Shown in pieces: positions 12,740 to 24,490 of a stretch of DNA of 64,000 bases. The translations under genes and the position numbers were made by a program. Under the pieces are notes generated by a model. It did no database searches, had not been told where the DNA came from, and saw only the letters and a list, made by a program, of their open reading frames with translations. Source of the DNA: Chiloscyllium plagiosum (taxonomy: Eukaryota). The stretch is from positions 30,820,767-30,884,766 of the forward strand of contig NC_057718.1 of NCBI RefSeq assembly GCF_004010195.1. Reading direction: 5' to 3'. Position 1 is the stretch's first letter. Each line of letters opens with the position of its first letter.

Positions 12740-13460
12740 ACTTCAATTAGTTCTCCTCCCATCCTTCTAAATTCTTCTTAGTATAGGCCTAAACTGTTCA
12801 ATCTCTCCTCATGCAATAATTCTTTCATCTCTGGAATTAATCTCGTGAACCCTTTCTGAACTGTTTCTGATGCAATTGCATAAGAGGACCAAAACTGTAT
12901 GCAGTTTTCCAGATGCAGTCTAACCAATGCCTTGCACAATTGCAACAACATTTCTTTGTTTTTATACTCCATTGCTCAGCAATGCCAAAATTCTATTTGT
13001 ACTCCTTATTGCCGGCTGTACCTGCAAACATGCTATCTGTGACTCCTGCACAAGCACAGCCTGTTTCCTCTGCACTGAAGCATTTTGATGTTTCTCTACA
13101 TTTAGATGATAAGTTGTCTTTCTATTCCTCCAATCAAATGGAGACCCTACACTTATCCATACAAAACTCCATCCACCAAATTTTGGCCCATTCACCCAAC
13201 ATATCTATATCTACTTATAAAATTCTTATTTCTTTGTTGCAACTATACCACCTATTTTAGTATCATCTGCAAATTTGGCTATAGTTCATTCTATTCTGGC
13301 ATCCAAATTCGTTTAGGACTTAAACAGTTGAGGTCAGAGGACCGAGACCTGTGACGTACCATTAATTACATCTTGCCAACCAGAAATTTATCCCTACTGT
13401 CTGCTTTCTGTTGGTTAGCTAAACCTCTATGCAAATAACTATATGACTCCCAATCCCATG
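12740..13460 (-). mobile_element. CR1 RT 3' fragment
   Basis: EYKNKEMLLQLCKALVRLHLENCIQFW...RLNSLGLY on the minus strand. Confidence 0.85.
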
Positions 13461-13489
13461 TGATCTTAAAATCCAAACAGTGGAGAGTT

Positions 13490-13970
13490 ACTCCCCTCCT
13501 TCACATTGACTTAAAATGTTGTTAGGGCCCTTTGATGCTGAATACAGTCAACACTGCCATTATATCTAGGATAGTCATGGTCTCTTCCTTTGAGGAATTT
13601 CAGTGCTTTTGTCCATGTTGGACCAAGACTGTCATGATCTGAAACCTGGCAGCTCTAGCAAAATGCAAACTGAGCATCAACAATTAAATGATCGCTGAGT
13701 TCATGCTGCTTGGTAGCCCTGCTGGAAGTACTCTCAATCATTAGTGAAATGATAGAAAGTAAAGTGATGGGGTGGTAATTGATCAGATTAGAGTTATCCT
13801 GCTTAGGACAAGGTTAACTCAGGTAATTTGCAGATTGTTGGGTAGGTGCTATCACTGTAGCTATGCAGGAATGGATTGTCTCAGATGTGACTAGACCTGG
13901 AGCACCAATCTTCGGTAATAAAATCAAGTTGTTGTTAGGCCCATAGTATCCAGAGTTGTCCAGTGTCTTT
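13490..13970 (-). mobile_element. Second CR1/L2-group LINE family, degraded RT fragment
   Basis: Minus strand contains degenerate GPxNI...APxLxxxL...SNxxNYxPIxLLSII pattern; same family as 62350-63455. Confidence 0.65.
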
Positions 13971-14299
13971 AGGAGAAAGGTGATGGAAGAAAGTTGTAAG
14001 TCAATAAAAGAGAAAGCTTCAGATGCTCCTGCATAAACTGAAATTTACTGAATACCACAAGTGCAATTTTGAAGTTATTGATGTTTTCCTGTCACGATAA
14101 TCACAAAATAATTTCTGCATTAATGCAATTTTGTCTATGAGACATGATATTAGATTACTTTTCAAATTAAGCCATTACTTTCAGAGGTGATGAAAGACTC
14201 AAATGCTGACAGATAACGGAATTAAACATAAGGCACAGACGAGTAATCTCATCGTGTACAGCCAGAATCAAAACAGAGAACATGTGACTCGAAGATCAA

Positions 14300-14970
14300 A
14301 AACCAAGAAGAATATTGGACAATTCCTATTGGAGCTGTAAAACATTGGAATGTAAAGGTTACTTAGCTCGACAGGCCTGTTCCCTTCTGATAGATGAATA
14401 GCTTTTTAGCATATCCCATAACTCCTTATGTCTCTAGATATAAATGATACGTTATTTGGGTGGAGAAATAGCAACGGAAAGAATCACTGATAGAAGTTAT
14501 TAACAAGGCCACTAACATTAGCGACACTGTACAGAAGAGTCTACATCAAGAAATAATGATGGTCTGTAAGAAAGCTACTGCAATAACCATGAGCAAATTG
14601 GTAAAGGTACATTGATGATAAGTTCATCAAATACATTCAGGACAATTTTTCAGAACAATATGTTCCAGAACCAGTTAGGGAACCCCTTTTTGCACCGTTT
14701 TAAAAAGTAGTGATAGAAGATTAATTAATGATCTCATAGTATAGGATCCTCCAGGTGTGAATATAACATGACAGAATCTCACATTCTCCTTGAGGCTGAG
14801 AAACCTGAAACTAATGCAACTTAATAAATGCGCATACAGAAATATGAAAAGTGTTGGTTACAGCGGCCCGAGAAGATAGGTTAACGAGTAAGATGGTAGG
14901 GAAACAATAGCAGACATTAACACAATTACTTCATAATTGTCAACAAAGTTATACGCCAGTAAGGAACATG
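14300..14970 (+). mobile_element. Degraded CR1 endonuclease/linker region
   Basis: Remnants of cagga(c)aattttttcagaacaatatgtt..gaacca (QDxFLxQYVxEPTR) and neighbouring APE-domain sequence. Confidence 0.55.
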
Positions 14971-15434
14971 GTTAGTGTTAGTGAAAACTTCACAAATTCC
15001 AAGTGAGTATATCTGGCAATTTGGTTCAAAGTGGAAAATTCAAATGGTGGGGGAGAGTCGAAGAGGAACTTTAATTAGATTTTATTGTTGGAAGAAAGGT
15101 CTCCAGAATAAGAAGTGAGCAGGAGAGAATAAAATGTGTGGATTGAGAGGTCAACTGCAAGACCAGCAGATATTTGACATCAAGAATGACAACATGTTGG
15201 GAGTGTAGTGAAAGCAGCTGATCTTTGAGTAGGATTGGTGCAAATTTCAAGTCTTCAAAGTAAAAGTCAGCATGGCTTTGTATGTAGAAAACCATGCCTC
15301 ACAAATTTGATTGAGTTTTTTGCAGATGCGGCCAAGAAGGTAGATGGAGGCAGAGCGGTAGATATTGTCTACATGGACATTAGCGAAGCTTTCAACAAGG
15401 TTCTCCATGGTAGACTGGTTAGTAAGATTAGATT

Positions 15435-15661
15435 CGAGAGTGTGGTGTTGGAAAAGCACAGCAGGTCAGCCAGCATCTAAAGAACAGGAGAATTGACGTT
15501 TCGGCCATAAGCCGTTCATCAGGAATCACAGAATCGATGTTTTGGACATTAGCCCTTCATCAGGAATAGGAGTGTTCCTTGGATGTTGCCTGACCTGCTG
15601 TGCTTTTGCAGCACCACACTCTCGACTCTGATCTCCAGCATCTGCAGTCCTCACTTTCTCC
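15435..15661. mobile_element. Palindromic PLE-end derivative (family A) with two tandem hammerhead-like cores
   Basis: Inverted arms; cores at ~15496-15522 and ~15535-15563 on the minus strand; degenerate TSD tagtaagattagatt (15420-15434) / tagtaaggttaggtt (15662-15676). Confidence 0.8.
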
Positions 15662-15735
15662 TAGTAAGGTTAGGTTACATGGTATCCAGGGAGAACTAGC
15701 CAATTAGATACACTATAACCAATTGGATACACCAT

Positions 15736-16039
15736 AGCTCGGTGGTTAGCATTGCTGCCTCACAACATCAGGGACCCAAGTTCAATTCCAGCCTTGGGTG
15801 ACTGTCTGCGTGAAGTTTGCACATTTTTTCTGAAGTCTGCGTGGGTTTCTTTCCATGGTCTAAATCTGTGCAGGTGAGGTGGATCGGCCATGCTAAATTG
15901 CCCATAGTGTCCAGGGATGTACAGGGTAGGTGGATTAGCCATGGGTAAAGCAGTTTATGGGGATAGGGTAGGGGGGTGGGTTTGGCTAGGATGGTCTTCA
16001 GAATGTTGGCGTGGACTGTAGGATTCTATAATTCCATGA
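15736..16039 (+). mobile_element. HE1-like (V-SINE) tRNA-derived SINE
   Basis: tRNA-like head gctcggtggttagcattgctgcc..gttcaattcc, V-domain gtctgcgtgggtttc, catgctaaattgcccatagtg. Confidence 0.85.
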
Positions 16040-16850
16040 AAATTAGCTTGACTGTAGGAGACCGAGAAAGGTAGTGGAAAGTTGTTGACCACTGGTGTGG
16101 CACAAGGATCAGTGCTGGGTCCATTGTTGTTTGTCACTTATATAAATGATTCGGATGAGAATATAGGAAGCATGGTTAGTAAATTTGCAGATGTCACCAA
16201 ATTTGGTGGTATAATGGACAGTGAAGAAGGTTATCTAAGAATACAGCAAGATCTTGAACAGCTGGACCAGTGAGCCGATAAGTGGCATGTGGAGTTTAAT
16301 TTAGATAAGTGTGAGGTGTTGCATTTTGGTAAGACAAACCAGGACAGAACATACACAGTTAATGGTCGGGCTCTGGGTTGTTGAACAGAAAGACATAGGG
16401 GTTCAAATGTATAGCTCCTTAAAAGTAGCATCACAAGTAGATAGGGTGGTGAAGAAGGAATATCGCACGCATGTCTTTCTTGGTCAGAGCATTGAGTATA
16501 GGAGTTGGGACATCATGTTATGGCTGTATAAGACATTGGTACTAATTTAAATCTTTGAAAGCTTACTCCATTTTTGTTTTCAGCAACAGGAAGAGTGAGA
16601 GCTTGGACTAGGGCCCCTTAGGGAAAGGTGAGTCACTAATTTAAATCTTTAAAAACTTACCTCAGAGAGCAATTGTTTTTGGGAAAGGAGGGACTTTTAT
16701 CCCCTCAGCTTTATAAGTGAATGTTTTCTAAACACAGACCTTACCTTTGTAGGGCCTCCCACCCATCCACCTCCTCTAACCTTAAACACCAGGGACACAT
16801 CAGATAAACTTCTCTTCCTTTTTTACTTTCTGATAAAGGGAGAAGCAGGG

Positions 16851-17752
16851 ATGGCAGTGCAGGGAGAGCAATGTTCCTCCTGCATGATGTTTGAGGTAAG
16901 GGACATCATTAGTATCCCATCCAAGTACATCTGCAGGAAGTGCACCCAATTCTTGCTCCTCCAAGACTGCATTAGGGGACTGGAGCGGTAGCTGGATGAA
17001 CTTCAGATCATTCGGAAGGCAGAGTCTGTGATCGATAAGAGTTGCAGGGAAGTAGTTACTCCTCGGCTTGAAGAAAGCTGGGTAACTGTTAGAAGGGGGA
17101 AAAAAGTCAGTCAGTGCAGGGATCCCCTGTGGTTGCTCCCCTGAAAAACAAAGTATACCATTTTGGACACTGTTGGGGAGATGACTTATCAAGAGCATGC
17201 ATAGGGATGCAGGTCTTTGGCACAGAGTCTGTCCCCTATTGCACAGAATGGAAGGGGAAAAAGGTGGAGAGTGTTAGTCATTGGGGACTCAATAGTTATA
17301 GGGTCAGTTAGAAGGCTTGTTGGGAATGAAAGAGACTCAGGTTGGTGTGTTGCCTCCCAGGTGCCAGGGTCCGTGATGTCTCGGATCATGTCTTTGGAGT
17401 CCTGAAGGGAGAGGGTGACCAATCCCAAGTCGTGGTCTACATAGGTACGAATGACATAGGTAGAAAGAGGGATAGGGATGTAAGGCTGGATTTCAGGGAG
17501 CTAGGGTGGAAGCTGAGAGCTAGAACAAACAGATTTGATATCTCTGGTTTGTTACCCGTGCCACGTGACAGCAAGGCAAAGAACAAGTGGCTGCAGGGAT
17601 AGTGGAGGAGGGAGGGTTTCAGGTATATGGATAATTGGGGATCATTCTGGGGTGGGTGGGACTACAAACAGGACAGACTTCACTTGAACCAGAGGGGTAC
17701 TAATATTCTGGGTGGGAAATTTGCTAGTGCTATTCAGATGGATTTAAAGTAG
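16851..17752 (+). pseudogene. CR1 ORF1: zinc finger/leucine zipper + SGNH (GDSL) esterase
   Basis: MAVQGEQCSSCMMFE...YICRKCTQ..LQDCIRGLER*LDEL; VLVIGDSIV; CLPGARVRDV; VVVYIGTND; DRLHLNQRG; in-frame stops and frameshifts. Confidence 0.9.
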
Positions 17753-17867
17753 CTCAGCAGTAGGATGGGAACCTGTGGTGCAGTTCCAGTACACAGGAGG
17801 ATGAGAGTAGGGAGGACATGGTCAGGATTTCATAATCACAGGAGTGTGCTGGCAGACAGCAAATTGG

Positions 17868-20540
17868 TTTGAAAGTATCTATTTCAATGCCAGGAGTATC
17901 TGGAATAAGGTAGGTGAGCTTGCAGCATGGATAGGTACCTGGGACTTCGATGTTGTGTCCATTTCAGAGACATGGACAGAGCAGGGTCAGGAATGGATGT
18001 TGCAGGTTCCAGGGTTTAGATCTTTCATTAAGATCAGGGAAGATGGTAAAAGAGGGGGAAGTGTGGAAGGACAGTATAACGGTAGCTGAAAGAACTTTTG
18101 ACAAGCACCTGTCTACTGAGGTGGTATGGGCTGAGGTTAGAAACAAGAGAGGAGAGGTCACACTGCTGGGAGTTTTTATAGGCCTCTGCAGAGTTCCAGG
18201 GATGTGGAGGAGAGAATTGGCAAAACAATTCTGGGCAGGAGTGAAAGGAACAGGATGGTCATTATGGAGAACTTCCCCAACATTGACTGGAAATGCTATA
18301 ACTCTATTATCAGTTTTTGTCCAATGTGTGCAGGAGAGTTTCCTGACACAGTTTGTCAAAGGGCCGACAAGAGGGGAGGCTACACTGGATCTGGTGCTTG
18401 GTAATGAACCAGGCCAGGTGTTTGATTCAGTGGTAGGTGAGCACTTTGGAGAGAGTGACCATAATTTGGTTACGTTTAGCTTAACGATGGAAAGGGATAG
18501 GTACATGCTAAAGGGAAAGAGTTATAGATGGGGAAAGGGCAATTACGATGTGATTCGGCAAGACTTAGGAGGCACAGAATGGGGTATCAAATGCAGGGGA
18601 TGGGGACAATCAAAATGTGGAGCTGGTATAAGGAACAGATATCGCGTGTCTTTGATAGGTATGTCCGTCTCAGGCAGGGAGCAAGTGATAAGGTAAGGAA
18701 ACCATGGTTTACTAAAGAAATTGTATCCCTTGTTAAGCGGAAGAGGGACGCTTATGTGACTTTGAGACAAGATGATTCAGATGAGGTGATGGAGACTTAC
18801 AGATTAGCTAGGAAGGATTTAAGGACAGAGTTAAGAAGAGCAAGGTGGGGACATGAGCAGTCTTTAGCAGGGAGAATAAAGGATGATAATGTAAAGCTTT
18901 ATTGATATGTAGGAATAAAAGGATGATAATGTAAAGCTTTATAGATATGTAGGAATAAAAGGATGACTAGGGTAGGAATAGGGGCAGTCAAAGACAGAAG
19001 TGGGAAGTTGTGTGTGAACCCTGTGGAGATTGGAGAGGTGCTAAATGAATATTTATCATCTGTTTTCACTCAAGGAAAGGAGAATATTGTAGAAGAGAAG
19101 ACTGAGATATGGGCTATTAGTTGTGAAAGGATTGAGGTTAGTCAGGAGGAGGTGTTTCCAATTCTAGAATGTGTGAAGGTAGATAAATCCACTGGGCTGG
19201 ATGGGATTTATCTGAGGATTCTCTGGGAAGCTAGGGAGAAGATGGTGGAACCTTTGATCTTGATCTTTGAGTCATCATTGTCTACAGGTTTATTACCAAA
19301 GGACTGGAGGATTGCAAATGTTGTGCCCTTGTTTAAGAAGGGCAGCAGAGATGACCCAGGTAATTATAAACCAATGAGCCTTATGCCTGTCGTAGGAAAA
19401 GATTTGGAAAGGAGAATAAGAGATGGGATTTATAATCATCTAGAAAGCAACAATTTGATTAGAGATAGTCAACATGGTTTTGTTAAGGGCAGGTCATGTC
19501 TCACAAACCTCATTGAGTTTTTTTGAGAAGGTGACCAAACATGTGGATGAGGGTAAGGCAGTTGACGTGGTGTTCATGATCTTCAATAAAGCCTTTCATA
19601 AGGTTCCACATTGTAGGCTATTGGAGAAAATGTGGAGGCTTGGGATTGAAGGTGATTTAGCAGTTTGGATTAGAAACTGACTTTCTGTAAGTAGGTAATG
19701 AGTGGTGGTTGATTGAAAATATTCCGCCTGGTGTCCGGTTCCTAGTAGTGTGCCACAAGGATCTGTTTTGGGACCACTGCTGTTTGTCATTTTTATAAGT
19801 GACTTGGACACAGGCATAGGTGAATGGGTTAGTAAGTTTGCAGATGACTGTAAAGTTGGTGGACTGGTGGACAGTTTGGAAAAATGGTGCAGGTTGCAGG
19901 GGGACTAGGATAAACTGCAGAATAACAAGAAGTCAGAATATTGGGTCAATGCAAAGATTCTTGGTAGGGTAGATGTGCAGAGAGATCTTGGTTTCCATGT
20001 GCATAGATCCCTGAAAGAAGGTCTACGGTGTGTTAGATTTTGCTGGGAGAAGGATTGAGTTCCGGAGGAGTGATGTCATGATGCAACTGTACAAAATGCG
20101 AGTGCAGCCTCATTTGGAATATTGTGTACAGTTCTGGTCGCCCCATTACAGGAAGGATGTGGAAGCATTGGAAAAGGTGCAGAGGAGATTTATCAGGATG
20201 TTGCCTGGTCTGGAACAAAAGTGTTATGAGAAAAGGCTAACGGACTTAGGTCTGTTCTCATTGGAGAGAAGAAGGCTAAGAGGGGATTTAATAGAGATGT
20301 ACAAGATGATCATAGGATTAGATAGGGAAGATAATGAGAATCTTTTTCCTTGGATGACGATGTTGGCATGTACGAGGGGGCATAGCTACAACTTGAGGGA
20401 TGATAGATTTAAGACAGATGTCAGAGCCAGATTCCTTACTCAGAGGGCGTGGAATGCCCTGCCTGCCAATGTAGTTAACTCAGCCACATTAGGGGCATTT
20501 AAACAGTCCTTGGATAAGCATATGGATGATAATGGGATTG
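17868..20540 (+). pseudogene. CR1 ORF2: APE endonuclease + reverse transcriptase
   Basis: YFNARSIWNK..DVVSISETW; TLDLVL..SDHN; DWRIANVVPLFKKG; QHGFVKGRSCLTNL; VPQGSVLGP; SKFADD; PHLEYCVQFWSP; broken into several ORFs. Confidence 0.95.
18881..18966 (+). repeat. 40-bp tandem duplication inside CR1 ORF2
   Basis: ggatgataatgtaaagctttat(t/a)gatatgtaggaataaaa repeated at 18881 and 18921, partial third start at 18961. Confidence 0.9.
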
Positions 20541-20758
20541 TGTACGGGGAGATAGGCTTAGATTATTTCACAGGTCGGCGCAACATCGAGAGCCGAAGGG
20601 CCTGTTCTGTGCTGTATTGTTCTATATTCTATGTGCTGTGGTAGAGTCATAAAGTCATACAGCATGGAAACAGATCCTTCAGTCCAACTAGTCCATGCTG
20701 ACAATATTCCCAAATTAAACTAGTCCCACCTACCTGTATTTGGCCCATATCTTTCCAT

Positions 20759-21613
20759 CGGGCTGTGAGAAACCGGAAGGACCGCAATTTCCCCCCCGAT
20801 GTGGTCGACGATGCCCTCCACCGCATCTCTTCCACTTCCCGCTCCTCCGCCCTTGAACCCCGCCCCTCCAACCGCCACCAGGACAGAACCCCACTGGTCC
20901 TCACCTACCACCCCACCAATCTCCATGTACAGCGCATCATCCGCCGTCATTTCCGCTACCTCCAAACGGACTCCACCACCAAGGATATATTTCCCTCCCC
21001 TCCCCTATCAGCATTCCGTAAAGACCACTCCCTCCGCGACTCCCTTGTCAGACCCACACCCCCCACCGACCCAACCTCCACTCCCGGCACCTTCCCCTGC
21101 AACCGCAGGAGGTGCAAGACTTGCGCCCACACCTCCCCCCTCACCTCCCTCCAAGGCCCCAAAGGAAACTTCCATACCCGCCACAGATTCACCTGCACCT
21201 CCACCCACATCATCTACCGCATCCGCTGCAGCCGGTGTGGCCTCCTCTATATTCGGGAGACAGNNNNNNNNNNNNNNNNNNNNNNNNNNNNNNNNNNNNN
21301 NNNNNNNNNNNNNNNNNNNNNNNNNNNNNNNNNNNNNNNNNNNNNNNNNNNNNNNNNNNNNNNNNNNNNNNNNNNNNNNNNNNNNNNNNCCTCTCCGCCC
21401 CCACCCCCGTCTGCCCTATCACCCTCACCTTGACCTCTTTCCACCTATCACATTTCCGACGCCCCTCCCCCAAGTCCCTCCTCCCTACCTTTTATCTTAG
21501 CCTGCTGGACAAACTTTCCTCATTCCTAAAGAAGGGCTTATGCCCAAAACGTCGATTCTCCTGTTCCCTGGATGCTGCCTGATCTGCTGCGCTTTTCCAG
21601 CAACACATTTCCA
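20759..21613 (+). mobile_element. Penelope-like element 3' part (GIY-YIG) with 16-bp TSD; contains the assembly gap
   Basis: PLVLTYHP..LRDSLVR..GTFPCNRRRCKTC..FTCTSTHIIYRIRCSRCGLLYIRET; direct repeat gcccatatctttccat at 20743-20758 and 21614-21629. Confidence 0.93.
21264..21389. other. Assembly gap (126 N)
   Basis: Run of N. Confidence 1.
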
Positions 21614-22196
21614 GCCCATATCTTTCCATACCTTTCCTATTCATGTACTCATCCAAATGTCTTTTAAACATTGTAACTGTTTCTGCATCCACCACACCCT
21701 CTGGCAGTTCATTCTGCACATGAACTACTCTCTGTGTAAAAAAAGTTGCCCCTCATGTCCTTTTTAGATCTTTCTCCTCTCACCTTAAGAATATGCCCCT
21801 GAGTTTTGTACGCTCTGACCTTAGGGGATAAAAAATTTTGCTATTCATATTATCTATGCCCCTCTGATTTTATAAACTCCAACAAAGTCACCCGTCAACC
21901 AATGAGAAAAATCCCAGCCTATAACTCAAACCCTCCATTCCTGGCAACACCCTGGTAAATCTTTTCTGAACCTTCTCCAATTTAATAATATCCTTCCTAT
22001 AACTGGGCAACCAGAATTGCACACAGTACTCCAGAAGTGGCTTCACCAACATCCTGTATAACATTAATATAACATCCCAACTCCTACATTCAAAGGTCTG
22101 AAGAATGAAGGCAAGCACACTAAACATCAACCCTGTCTACCTGTGATGCAAGTTTCAAAGAATTATGCACCTGGACCCCTCGGTCTCTCTGTTCTG

Positions 22197-23015
22197 CAAG
22201 GCCACCTTTGAAGTATTGTGTACATTTCTAGTTCTTCTACAATAGGAAAGATGTTAATTAACTGGAAAGGGTGCACAAAAATTTTATAAGCACTTTACAA
22301 GGACTGGGGTGTTCGGGTTATATGGAAAGGCTGGATTGGCTGGGACTTTTTTCGCTAGATTGTAGGAGGATGAGGGGTGACCTTAAGAGATTTATAAAAT
22401 CGTGAGAGGCATAGATAAGGTGAAAAGCAAAGGTTGTCTTCCAGGGTAGGGGAATCCAAAACGAGACGGTTAAGGTGAAAGGAAAAGAATTTAAAAGGGG
22501 CCTGGAGAGCAACTTTGTCACATAGAGGATGGTGCATATGGGGAACCAATTGCCAGGCGAAGTAGTGGACACAGGTACAGTTACAACATTTGAACAGGTA
22601 CATGAATACGAAACATTTAGATTAGATTCCCTACAGTGTGGAAACAGGCACTTTGGCCCAATCAGTCCACACCAACCCTTTGAAGAGTAACCCGCCCAGA
22701 CCCATTTCCCCTCTGACTAATGCACCTAACACTATGGGCAATTCAGCATGGCCCATTCACCTGACCTGCACATCTTTGGACTGTGGGAGGAACCCCATGC
22801 AGACACTGGGAAAATGTGCAAACTCCACACAGACAGTCGCCAAAGGCTGGGATCGAACCTGGGACCCTGGTGCTGTGAGGCAGCAGTGCTAACCACTGAG
22901 CCACCGTGCCGCCTAAATGCAGGCAAATGAGACTAGTTCAGATTAGGAAATCTGGTTGGTATGGACGAGTTGAACCGAAGCGTCTGTTTCTGTGCTGGAT
23001 GACTACAATTCTACA
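22197..23015 (+). mobile_element. Older CR1 3' half (continuation of 15265-16540), interrupted by a SINE
   Basis: Begins aggccacctttgaagtattgtg (RPxLxYCV), completing LYKTLV|RPHLEYC; continues to a CR1 3' UTR. Confidence 0.85.
22617..22913 (-). mobile_element. HE1-like SINE, full length
   Basis: Minus strand ggcggcacggtggctcagtggttagcactgctgcc...ggttcgatccc...V-domain...gggaatctaatctaa tail. Confidence 0.92.
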
Positions 23016-23121
23016 GTTTCTGTTTAGGTCTCTGATGTTTCTCTTCTCTCATTTTTCTTAAAAGTAGCTGATTATGTATAAGATTGATTTTTAAAACAAG
23101 TAATTACAATAAAGTGCAAAG

Positions 23122-23330
23122 ATTTGATTTGATTTATTATTGTCACATGTTCTGAGATACAGTGAAAAGTATTGTTTTGTGTACTAACCAGACAACTCAT
23201 ACCTTCCACAAGTACATCAGAATAGTAGAACAAAATATAATGTTACAGCTACCAAGAAGGTGCAGAGAAAAATCAACTCTGAGAGGTCTGTTCATAAGTC
23301 TGATAGCAGGGAGGAAAAAGCTGTTCTTGT
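23122..23330 (-). mobile_element. Non-LTR retroelement 3' end (L2/Rex1-like, (aaatc)n tail)
   Basis: gatttgatttgatttattattgtcacatg..gatacagtgaaaag; similar sequence at 48628-48725 and ~49720-49750. Confidence 0.55.
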
Positions 23331-23579
23331 TCTCAGTAATTCCTCAGTAACTAATAAATAAAGTACAATAGTGATGGCATCATAGGTGATTTACTCTTGC
23401 CAGACACCAAGGTGAAACAGACTGAACACATCTGTGTTTGCAATTCAAGGAACTTTGAATCTGAGTTGAGGAGTTGGAATCTGAGCAGCAGATATTAGGA
23501 AGGGGGAAAGTTACCTTAACACTTTTCTCTGGGAGATGAACATGCCCGTCTGATTAGGCAGTTCAAATCTGGCCTGTGA

Positions 23580-23905
23580 TCAGAGACAGGATAGTGTGAC
23601 TGTAGGTAGGCAGGTGTGGGAATCGACGAAATAGTGTTTGAGGAATCTCAAGCCCTGACAATTGTCCAAAGGTTGTGAGGTTCTTACAAGTTGGATGGAT
23701 GAAAGTAGGGACTGCTGGAAGGATGAACGAACTGACCATAGCACCATGTTACAGGGAGCCATTCATGTGAGGCAAGAAAATAGGAATACAGTACTGGTTG
23801 GAGACATACAATCAGGGGTGGATATTGTACACTGCAACTGTGAGCATGAGCCCCGGAGGCTACATTGCTTGCCTACTGCTAGAGTTTACAACATCTTTGC
23901 AGGGC
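23580..23905 (+). mobile_element. Degraded CR1 ORF1 esterase fragment
   Basis: TVLVGDIQSG...RRLHCLPTARVYNI, comparable with VIGDSIV...VCCLPGARVRDV at 17270-17380. Confidence 0.7.
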
Positions 23906-24490
23906 TGAAGGTTTACAGAGACTTTACTCTGAATTGCATTGGGAGATTTGGAGAAAAGCACTGAAGCTCTGTTAGAAAGGTCGTTGGACAAATTCTAATG
24001 TAGAATTTTTTTTGTGAAAAGGCAATTGGTGCTGAGTATTTGTTTTCTAATGGTACAAAAATCATACAGTCAGATGTTTGCTTCTCACCAGGAAAACAAT
24101 CAATTTATCCCTCCAAAGAATCTCTCTGAAAATGCCAACAAATATCAGGGCATAAATATTAGGAGAGAGAACACCAGTTGAATTTATATTCAATAATTAG
24201 AGTCCTGAGGTCAGTTGTAGCAATGCTTTCTGAAGTAAGCTGACTGGGAATTGAACCCAGGCTTATTAATAAGTACCTTCACTAACCGAACTGCTAAGGC
24301 CCTGTGTGTACACATATCTTGCTGATTCCATCCTCTTGAATCAAACCAAAAATGGCCTACTCATTCCTGTATTTGCTGTGTTCCCAAACAGCACGTAGCT
24401 CTCGGATTTAAGTAGTAATATCCTGTTTTGAGATAATTTTGTCAGAGTCAGAATTCATATAATGTATCTGTATTAATCAAAAAAGCATAC

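Larger units (their letters stand above)
15265..16540 (+). mobile_element. Older CR1 RT (5' half of a split copy; resumes at ~22197)
   Basis: SQHGFV..CLTNLIEFF..AVDIVYMDISEAFNKVLHGRL; GVAQGSVLGPLLFVTYIND..SKFADVTK; ends LYKTLV. Confidence 0.92.
16541..20633 (+). mobile_element. Nearly full-length CR1 LINE (decayed)
   Basis: 5' UTR, ORF1, ORF2 and 3' UTR with ttctat-type tail in the correct order; many stops, frameshifts and small deletions. Confidence 0.95.
20645..22196 (-). mobile_element. CR1 3' fragment, tail-to-tail with the full-length copy, interrupted by a PLE
   Basis: SWDVILMLYRMLVKPLLEYCVQFW..KVQKRFTR; NELPEGVVDAETVTMFKRHLD; 3' UTR at 20645-20758. Confidence 0.9.

Noticed and set aside
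16851..20540. Active or domesticated CR1
   Set aside because: Multiple stops, frameshifts, deletions and a 40-bp duplication
20799..21582. Long proline-rich ORFs (233 aa, 156 aa)
   Set aside because: Alternative frames of C-rich PLE sequence read through the N gap
22840..22913. tRNA gene (A/B boxes)
   Set aside because: It is the tRNA-derived head of an HE1-like SINE, repeated at several loci and continuous with the V-domain
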